A stretch of DNA of 64,000 nucleotides. It comes from Cycas panzhihuaensis (Eukaryota; Plantae; Cycadophyta). Where the stretch lies: NCBI GenBank assembly GCA_023213395.1, contig CM041465.1, positions 202,809,741 through 202,873,740 of the forward strand, read 5' to 3'. Shown piece after piece: positions 53,769 through 64,000 of the stretch (within the stretch, counting starts at the first letter, position 1; each line of letters begins with the position of its first letter). The notes under the pieces are model-generated. The model was not told where the DNA came from. It was given only the letters and a program-made list of their open reading frames with translations, and ran no database searches. Both the position numbers and the translations under genes were made by a program.

Positions 53769-56700
53769 TTTTATATTACTTGATGTCTTATACATATCCA
53801 ATCTCAAACAAAACTTGCTCTCCTTATCCATGCTTGTCTCTCATGGATTTAATCTGAGTGTAATTAGAAATTACTGGACTCTCTAGGTCATTCACCCTCC
53901 AACTAATCAAGTGGTCTTGACTGGACATCTCTCTAACAAACTCTTTTGACTGAATGGATCTCTATTTTTTTAAGCCTATTATGCCCAAAGCCCTTGTGCT
54001 AATGAAGAATTTACATTTAACTCTATCTTGACCTACCCAACATTGTCACTAGAAGCTCTTTGGCATGCTTGCATGGGCTATATTCATATTGATATACTTA
54101 GAGATCTTTGTAACACTCTTCTAAATCTTCTAAAGTTCTCCTCCAAACCCTTCAAATGTGAAGATTATATCATTACCAAATCTCATCGATAATCCTTTCC
54201 TAAAAGTTAGTGGAAATTGATCCATCTATTACAGTTAGTATACTCTAATCTATGTGGACCAATGCCCATTCCTTCACTGAAGGCCAAGTTATATTACATC
54301 TCTTTCATTGATGATTTCACTAGAAAAGTATAGGTAGATTTTTTACATAAGAAAGATAAAGCCTTCTGTGTATTCAACGAATTCAAAGCCCACACTAAAA
54401 AAGAGTTAGGTTATCAACCAAAATATCTTCAAACTAATAATAATGGTAAATATACCTCACATGAGTTTAAAAGTTACCTTCGAGACAATGGTATTAAACA
54501 TCAAATAACAGTAGTAGGTACCCCATAGCAAAATGGAGTTACCGAGTACATGAATAGGACAATTATAAACATGGCTCAAGCTATGTTGATATACAAAAAT
54601 ATACCTGCCTACCTATGGGCTAAAGCCATCTGGATAACTATTTATTGTATCAATGTTGTTAGCCCATCAAAGTAAGGACAATCACCTAATAAAAAGTAGT
54701 CAAGATAAGCCCCCATTGTTCAGTACTTTAAATTTTTGGCTCTACATGCTATGCCCATATTCTAGATGCAAATCGAAATAAACTCCAGCTAAGGGCACTT
54801 AAAGGCATCTTTATTAGATACCCTATATATAAGAAAGGGTATAAGGTCTTTGTACGTTCATAATAAAAAATTATCATTACCAGAGATGTCATTTTTACAG
54901 AGACAGAGGATCAATTGCTTAGACTAGACTCCAAAATACCCTCATACCATTGTAATAATATTATCAAGTATGATATTTAGATTTTAAAATTTGGGGGAGG
55001 GGACAGACATAAATTAATCCAAATATTGGAAGTTGACAATAGAGCCTCATAGGATATAAGTTATGACTCTGAACTGATGAGTATACATCCAACACTATCC
55101 TTTAAAGATAACAGAGTTGATAAAGGCAAAGCCATTATGGAAGACTCATCCTCTCTACCATCCATTGACAAAGGTAAAATAGTAGTAGAAGGACCATCTT
55201 CCTTAGGTGCATCAACATCCTCCTAAAAAAATGATCATTTTAATGAATAGGATAAGAACCAAGAAGTTGAGGAAATGAAGACCTCATTCCTAACTTGAGG
55301 ATCTCGTGAAGCCTGTGAGCTCAATAAGGACATATGATTAAATGAGATGGGTAAAACTAGCACTCAAAGTGCCCATAGAGAAAGGATGTAGGAATTATTA
55401 TATACTAAGCTTGAACTGACAGAACTACACCTTACTCTTAATGAAGAGCCCCTCTCATACCAGGAAGCTATAAACCATATAATCTAGAGAAATGCAATAA
55501 ACGAAGAATATCAATCTCTTAGAAAAAATGGTACATAGGAGTTTGTTGATCTACCACTTGGCAAAAAGGTAGTTCAAAATAAATAGGTATTCAAAAACAA
55601 ATATAGATTAGATGGTACCCTTGAAAAACACAAAGCAAGGTTGGTAGTTAAAGAATTTATACAAAGATAAGGCATTAACTACATTTAAGTCTTTGCACCT
55701 ATAACTAAGTGGCCTACAATTAGAACTCTTATGGCCTTAGATGCTCAACAAGGTTGGAAAATCCACCAGCTCAATATTAAGATCACGTTTCTCAATGGAG
55801 ATCTTAGAAAAAAAAAATTACATGGCTCAACCAGAAGGATATGAGATCGAAGGTTAAGAGCATAAGGTTTATAAGCTTAGGAAGCCCCGGTACGGCCTTA
55901 AACAAGCCCCTCATGCTTAGTTTTCCAAGTTATCTAAAATAATGAGGTAACCTAGATATGAGATTTTTGACTACCAAGATATTGATGTAACATAGTTCAC
56001 TGAGCGCCAAAAGGACAAAGTCACTTATTTCATAATCTTTGTAGATGGCATTCTAGTAACATATAACAGTGAATAGGTAATAAGCTAGCTAAAAAAGGAC
56101 CTTGGAAAAATATTCGAATTAACTGACCTCAGTTTGATAAAATATTATTTGGGAATTGAAGTAACATAAAAGAATCAAAAATTTTTCCTCTCCTAAGAAA
56201 AATAAATCAACAATCTTCTAACCAAGTTTTAGTTTAAAGATACTCGACCAGTGACTTTACCTATGGACCCTAATACCAAAGTCTTAGATGATGGCGATAC
56301 TAGGGAGGTAGATACAACACTCTATAGGAAACTTGTAGGTAATCTCATCTACACTACCAATACAAGGCCAGATACTGTACACTCTATTAATATTCTTACA
56401 TGATTCATGACAAATCCTAAGCAAAATCACTAGCAGACAGTAGTTCAAGTGTTAAAATACCTAAAGACAACTAGCAAATATGGCCTATTATATAAACCCA
56501 ATAATAAATTTAAACTTTCTATATACACAGACTTAGACTTTATAGGAGATAAAAATATAGGAAGATCTACGTTTGGGTATGTAACGTTTCTTAGAACAAC
56601 ACCAATATCATGGAGAACTAGACAACATAAGATAGTTATTGATTCAACTACCGAAACTGAATACATTACTACTTCTAAGACTAGTAAGGAGGTGATATGG

Positions 56701-57751
56701 CTTAGAAAATTATTGAAAGCATTAAATATCACCCAAACAAGTCCTACTAGCCTTTGTGTAGATAATCAATTAATAATCCATATGGTAAAAAATCTTATAT
56801 TTCATAATCATACCAAACACATAAGTATGAAAGCTTATAGAATCAGAGAACTTGTTCATAATGGTATAATTCAACTGGAATACTACCCCACAACAAATCA
56901 AGTGGTCAATATCTTTACCAAACCACTGTAAAAGGTGAAGTTTAAATAACTCCAAAGGTAGCTCGGCCTTAGGGCCTCCATCTTCGACTGATCAAGAAGA
57001 TTGCAATAGGATCATCATACTCTATTCTATTCATGAAAATCCCTTGTGGGCATGAAAGAATAAGAGTAAGTCTCTCCTCTATGTTATTTGTGAAAACCCC
57101 ATGTGGGCACGGAAGGATAAGGGTTGGACTAGTTTTAGAAAATTAGAACTTGTGAAAACCTGAAAGGGTATAGGGCATGACCAAACAATATACGAAGATT
57201 CAATAGATTAAGTTGCACATTTAAGCTACTTGACTATTAGGCTACATCAAATAGCTACGTTAGCTATTTTGATTTATAAAATTGGCTATAGATCTTAGAA
57301 AGTATATGGGTTTTTATTTCCCATGAGGATTTTCCTACACAAGTGTCATTTAGAATTTTAATGTAATAATGAGGCTTAAATGAAGAACTCATAGAATATA
57401 TTTTCTTAAAATGGCCTTCTACCATTAAGGGGGGGATTAAAAGAGGTTAATATATTAAGGTTATTTATGTAAATTAATTAAGTAACCTTAGGATATATTG
57501 TTAGCATTAGTCTCTTAGTGAAATGTACTTTATGTGCATTTAGATGTAATTTCATGTTCATGTCATTAGGCAAAAAAATCCTAACCCTAATGCTCACCCT
57601 CAATAATAAAAGGAGAAATCTTAAGGAGGGAGTCATTATTCATTCTCACCTCTAAGCTTTGCTCTCATAACTTATTTTATCTCTTTTTCATTCTCTATTG
57701 CCATTGTATGTATGCAAGTGATTTATTTCGTAAATCCATCCATTCTTTAAA
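53769..57751 (+). mobile_element. Copia element B, 3' part (end of PR, IN, RT, RNase H, PPT, 3' LTR 57438 to about 57751)
   Basis: DVLYISNLKQNLLS, LCGPMP...YYISFIDDFTRK, RT KHKARLVVK, RNase H ORF 56449-56931 (STTETEYI...IWLRKLL...NIFTKPL). PPT aagggggggat at about 57427-57437. Confidence 0.93.
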
Positions 57752-60700
57752 ATGGTCTAATCTACCATATTTTAAGCTCATTAGTAAGAGGATTTTTAGA
57801 GTGATAGTTTATACTCATTGCAAAGTTAATGTCCCTAAGCATAAATCTTGGGGGAAGTGAAATATCTAGCCTACCATAGTTAAGATCATTAGTAAGAGAG
57901 TTTTTTTAGCCCTAGTTTATACTCTTTGTAGAGTAAGGTTAAGCATAATACTTCCTCAGAAATTGTATATTTATTGGCTTTTAGAATTCAAGTCCATCAA
58001 GGGTGGAAAGGCGATATGCCCCATTATTTAGGTCTTCAATAACTAGATAAGGGCCTACCCATTTAGAATCAAACTTTCATTGCTTTTCATGTAAATATTT
58101 GAGCTTAAGGACCTTATCCCCTATATGAAACTTCCTAGGTCTTAAGTGGTGATCATAGGCTACTTAAGCATAATGTTTGGAAGCTAAATTCTTTTAATAA
58201 GCATCAAGATAGGTTTCATCTATCTTTTAAGCTCCAAAAGTCTTATTTGTCTTAGCCACTCTTTACCAATAAAATTTTTAAGAGAATTTCTCAGTGAGGG
58301 GATTTCTATTTCCAAAGGAAGCATAACTTTAGTGTCATAGTAGTGAGAAAGGAGTCATTCCTATAGTAGTTCTGATTGAGGTATGATAAGCCCACAATAT
58401 AATATAAAGTTAGGTATGCCAATCACATTAAGAGTCAATAATTATTTTGGATAGGATTTTGGTTAAAATTTTGTTAAAGGATACAATTTGGCCATTAGGT
58501 TATAGGTGATAAGGGGATGACATCTTATGAGTAATGTGCAAATTATCACAAAGTTTATCAACTTGAGTATTACAAAAAAGAAGATCCATTATCTATAATG
58601 ATAGCATTGGGAATACCAAAGTGGCAAATGATGTGTTAAAAGATGAATGTAATGATTGCTTTCCTAGTAGTATAAATTAAAGGAACTGCTTCACTCCATT
58701 TTATAAAGTACTTAGTAGTAGTTAGGATGAACTTATAACCTACAAATGATGGGGGATAGATTTATCCTATGAGACTAAGTCCACAGAGTAAGAAAGGCCA
58801 AGGAGCAAGGATTGATCTAAGTGAAGTGGATAGTTGATGAATTAAAGAGGAATGTAGTTGATATTTCTCACATTTTTATACATGTGCATGAGCATCTTTA
58901 AATAAAGATGACCAATAATAACCCATTTAAAGGATATAAAGAGCTATATACTGGCCTCCAAAATGACCACCACAAATCCCATTATGACATTTGGTTAGAG
59001 AAGTTAGGGCCTCTGAAAGTAAAAGATATCTTAATAAGATGCCTTCAAAAGAATATTTGCACAACACATTATCAAGAAGAAGGTATTTATGTGCAAAAGC
59101 TCTTACTCTTTTTTGTTTCTTTGAATAAGCATTAGGAGGATATGATTGATCATTAAGATAAGCATAAATGTCTTTATACTAGTCATCATCTATGGGGGTA
59201 GTATTGACTTATAAGATATGCTCACCTAGAAGAGAGTCATTAATACTTATAGAAGTGTGGTTAGGTAATGGCATTATAGTAAGTTGTTTAGTAATGAATA
59301 TATCTTTCTTAGATTTATAGTTCATTATCCTTAGGTTAAACTCTTGGAGGAGAAGGTCCCATTTACTAACTCATCCTGTTAAATTAACTTTAGCGAGTAA
59401 TAGATGAATTAGGTCTATTTAGGCTATGATAAAAGTGGTGTTTCCTAATAGGTTATGGCAAAGTTTCTTAGTAGTATAAACTAAAGCCAAACATTCTTTC
59501 TTAGAAGGAGAGTAATTGAGTTATATTGCTACTAAGGTGTGACTAATAAAGTAGATCATGCATTCTTTGAAAATTTCATTTTGTTGAGCCAATATGGCAC
59601 CCAACGATTGTTTTGTAGATGAGGTATAAAAAATGAATGGTTTATCAAAATAAGGTGGGGCAAGGATAGGGGCTAAAACAAGGGCTTGTTTCAACTTATC
59701 AAAAGACTCTTGAGTGGCTAAAGTCCACTTGATGGGAACATCTTTCTTAAGGAGATTTGTTAAGGGTTTGACACTTAAAGCAAAGTATGTTATACAATGC
59801 CTTAAAAAACTAAGTCTTCCTAAGAAGGATTTGACTTACTTTTAAGTCTAGGGAGGTGGCATATCTACAATAGCAGCTATCGTATCATGATCAACTCTAA
59901 TACCATCTATGCAAATAATGTTACCTAGTATTCTCCTAGAGATAACTGTGAAAATACACTTATTAGGATTCAAACAAAGTACATACTTTTTACATCACTC
60001 AAATTTTTTTCTAAGGTCATGGACATGATCCTTTTGATAATGAGATTAGGCTAGCATAACATTAATATAAATGGCAATGATATGCCTAAGGAGGTCATGA
60101 AAGATAAAAACCATAGCCCGCTAGTAAGTGGCCCAATATTTTTAAGACCAAAAGGCATAACATTGTACATGAAGGTACCCCAAGGAGTGGTAAGAGAAGT
60201 CTTATGATGATCACTAAGGGAAATAAGGATCTAATTATAACCTAAGAAATCATCCATAAGAGACATCAATTCAAACCTAGTAGTTTGATCCTAAATCTAG
60301 TCAACAAAAGGAAGTGGAAATTTATCTTTAGGATAAGAATCATTAATGTTACAAAAGTTGATGCATATTCTAATAGAACCATTCCTTTTTGTAACATGGA
60401 TGATATTGGAAACCTATTGGGAGTAATTAATTGACTCAATGAAGCATGCCTTAAGAAGATTTTTTAACTTCTTATTTAATGGTAGCAAATAGGGATGGGT
60501 GAATAGCTCTTTGTTTCTTACATTTAAGATTTGCACCAAGTAAAGTCGTAATATTATGAACTACAACCTCAGATTAAAGACCTTCCATGTCAGAATAGTC
60601 CCATGTAAAAATAAAGGAGAACTCAATAAAGATATTGTGTAGTTATTCAATTTTAGAAGATGAACAAATAACACCAATTTTAATTATTTTAGGTTATTCT

Positions 60701-63700
60701 TATGTTCTAATATTAATGTCTATGGTATCTTCAATGAGCATTGTATTTCCTCCTTTAAAATGTGAGAGAATTAGATCAAGAGGTAAAGAAAAAGGGAAAG
60801 GTTGATGATCACAAGATGATAACAATGACTCTGATAGAAGCTAAATTAGGAGAGGATCCTACTAAATGTTCGAGGATTGCTTCATCATTCTCAAAATGAT
60901 CTAAGTGAAAAATAGTCTTTGAAAATAGAGAAGTAGAAAGTGGCTCCCTTATATCAATTATTTGAGTTATTGAGTAAGCTGGTGTTAGATGAATAACATT
61001 AACGAGGGAAGGTGTCATTTGTATAGAATTTTGAATAAGGAAGGACCTATCTAACTGTGATAAAAGATTGAATTGGGATGGTAGACTAGCTTGAGATATT
61101 ATGTTATTGATAGATGGTTTGGATTTCTTAGTGGTAGCCATCATTAAGATTGGTTTGGTTTCTTCAAGATTAGTTTGAAATAGAAAATTAACGTCAAAAT
61201 ATTTACCCAAAGTCTAAATAAGTAGGAAGAGAAGAAAATTCACCTTCCTCTTAGATTGTTTAAACTAGTGGGATAGATTTTTTCACAAGTTTATTCTTAT
61301 ATTTGACAACCTTTATTTCTCTATCATGGATAAACTTGAGTTCCCCAAATAAAGAAGAATGGACTACTAACATTTGACTTATCCAAGGTTGACTAAGAAG
61401 TATGTTAAATTTAAAATCAAATTCAATGATGGTAACTTTAGCCACAACAATGTTGCCTTCTAACATAAGAGAAAGGGTTACTTAACCTATCAAGGGTTTT
61501 TAATTTTTGGCATAGCTTTAACAAACCCAATCGACTAATTCATAGCCTAAGATTTCTAGATCTTCTAAGAGTCATAATAGGATCACATTAACAGAAGATC
61601 CTTTATCAACTACACACCTTTTCATCTTAATGTCATCTTTTATTATCTCAATATAAAAAGGGGTGGTTTCATTTTTCTTCATCTTGCAAAAGGTTAGAAT
61701 TAAAGACAACAATAGGGTTATTAGGAGAAGTAGGTCTAGGAACCCCTAAATTATCTATAAGAGAAGTTGTCTTTAGTCAAGGCAGCTTTTTAGAAGACAC
61801 ATAATAGAGATTCCAAAAGGGATAGTCTTTAGTTCTTTTATGAGTGATAAAGATCCCTCTTTGGTTAATTGTTAAATAGATCTAAAATATATAGGTCTAA
61901 TAGGTAATTGAGGGGGAGTGTCTAAAGGCTTATCCTTAGATAAAGTGTTTAAGTCATGAGATTTAGTGGAAATAGAGGCTTTATAATCTTTCACTATATT
62001 AATAGTCTTCCTCGGTCCTTCTCCTTTTATATGTGGTTTATTTTCAGAGTTATATTTTTTTTAACTTCTTTTATTGGGGGGAAAACCTTTATTTCATGGC
62101 TCAAATTTTGAATCTAAGAAATCATGATTATCTTTAATTTTGGTTTTACCCTTATCATGAGGTCCTTTCTTAGTGTGGTCAGGTAATTAGTCCTTATGAA
62201 TTAATTAATCTTGATTAGGCTTAGAAGTGGGTTTATCATTAGGTTGGCCACGCCTAAGAATTTCTTTAAGTTTATTACATTGTTCATGATCATGAGTATC
62301 TATTTGATGATAAGTACACCAACATTAGGTGATTGAGCTTTCTTTTGCTCAACAAATTGTATGACCTTAACTTCCTTTTTAATTTATAGATTAGAATTTG
62401 GGTCTATCTGAAGCTTTTTATTAATCAATCTTTCTAGTGCTTGAATAATAGAAGTAAAATGATCAGATGTATAATCTCCTTAAGGAATTTTAACTTCTAA
62501 TGATGGGGCAAGCTTATCTTTGGGAGTGGATGGTTAAGAAAGTTTCTTAATTGTTGCCTAGATTTTGAAAGTTTTAAAATCAAGACATTTTTCAATCATA
62601 TCTTTGTAAGATGTTGGCATTAATTTTAAGACCTGAAGGTGGATTTGGGGTCTTAAGGCATTGGTAAATAGGTTACACATCAAGTTATCATCTAGAGGGG
62701 CTTATGAAACATGGACTAAGTCTTGAAAATGATGGATGAAATCTCATGAAGATTCTTCAATCCCTTGTTTAATAGATAATAGAGATTTAATTCCTATATT
62801 AAAGGGACAAGCAACATCAAAGTAACCAATGAAGGTATCTACTAATTATTGGAAAGAATAAATGGACACAGGCTTAGGTTGATAAAACCACTTTAGGGTA
62901 TTGCCTTGAAGGGTTTTAGGAAAGAGTTGTATCATGATGTAGAAATAAAGTATTGCAAAGCAAAAGCAACTATCATTTTTATCTTGTAACCTTAAAGACT
63001 TAAAAGAAATAATCGATCATAAAGGTAGAAATGTACCTAGATCAGAATTAGCTCCTTCTTCCTCTCCATATGCAATCAGAAAGAAACCTATAATCAAGTG
63101 ATGTATAATATATGGAGTAATATGATGCAACTTTGCCTTAACTAAAAGAAATATTTTCCACATAAGATCACTCTTAGTTCCTTTTTATGCCACATGCAAG
63201 CAATGTAAAAAAAGGGGGCTAAGAGGAGAAAGAGGATGGTTAGCCTTGGAATGGCTAACCCTCCGGATCTACCATAATCCACACTATCCAAGTACCAAGG
63301 TGATGTAAGAAAAGACCTTGGGAATCAAGCAACAGGTTATGGGTGAAGTTGGATTATTGTCAATGTTGCAAAAGTCGCAAAGAGCAACTTTTGCAACCTC
63401 AACTAAGTCTAACACCAAGAAATGAGTGTGGTACAATATGGGGCTAGAATCCTACTTGTGTAGGGTCTACAAAGCTAAGAGCAATCATAGCAATGGGTTG
63501 CATATGCTACTGCTAGCGATGACTTCCTTTCCAACAGCTCTTTCGAAACTTAAGGGAAGTAGGGAGAAGGAAGAGGTATAGAGAGAAGGGGGCTATCCTT
63601 GAGGAGAAGGCTTATTAGGTATGGAACCCTGTCATTGCTCCTTTCACTCTTTGTAAAAGCCTCTTCCTTGCTACCTCCTTAGAGAAACCAGGGAAGAGCT

Positions 63701-64000
63701 AGAAGGAAATAAGAAGCAAGCGAGAAAGGGAGGGTTTGCCTCTAGTTACAATAGGAAAATCAGAGAGAAAAGTGTTAAAAAGGAATGACAAATAACATTT
63801 GTAATATTTTAAAGGAAAGAGAAGTAAAATAAAGCTTAGAAGTACCTGTTAGGGGTAGATCAGGGGTGGATCTACCTAAAGAATAAGAGAAAGAGGCCAC
63901 CCTAATGGGGTTTACAGGTGAAATCCCAAAGGAGCAATAAACTAGTAGAACTTTGGAGTGAGGTGAGAGATCTGAACTTGATGAAGTACTTGGGGAATGT
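57752..64000 (-). mobile_element. Decayed non-chromoviral (Athila/Tat-type) Gypsy element: leader, gag, PR, RT, RNase H, IN
   Basis: Integrase C-terminus KFDSKWVGPY...FLRKYYA* ending at about 57940, IN core HIICHFGIPNAII at about 58600, RNase H at about 59.3-59.65 kb, RT at about 59.7-60.6 kb, protease ORF 61260-61466 FNILLSQPWI, gag LFPKTLQGNTLKWF at about 62885-62930. Confidence 0.9.

Overview
AT-rich, strongly CpG-depleted eukaryotic DNA that looks like plant heterochromatin from a large genome (gymnosperm- or fern-like; the taxon is an inference). I find no intact host gene. The window is a deep nest of decayed retroelements: four Ty1/Copia coding remnants (8.9-12.7, 34.4-38.9, 52.2-53.4, 53.8-57.8 kb), Ty3/Gypsy remnants (14.2-17.8, 22.7-27.1, 27.7-52.2 as a nested host with multi-kb LTRs, and 57.8-64 kb), a LINE remnant, and large compound microsatellites that expanded inside LTRs. 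There are two host-gene fragments: a P-class PPR pseudogene (21.7-22.2 kb) and a DDT-PHD (PTM/DDP) fragment lying antisense inside a TSD-flanked, pol-less Copia-type element (41.0-46.6 kb). The most unusual signals are: (i) a 291-bp fold-back element with 104-bp inverted arms, TG...CA ends and an exact 5-bp TSD; (ii) the captured chromatin-reader fragment; (iii) a 14-copy QQG(A/G)PYY-type heptad in a Copia Gag; (iv) a Gypsy element that keeps gag, protease and archaeal-type RNase H but no RT or integrase, and whose LTRs appear to carry an antisense ORF. All protein assignments come from manual translation and recalled family motifs, not database searches.
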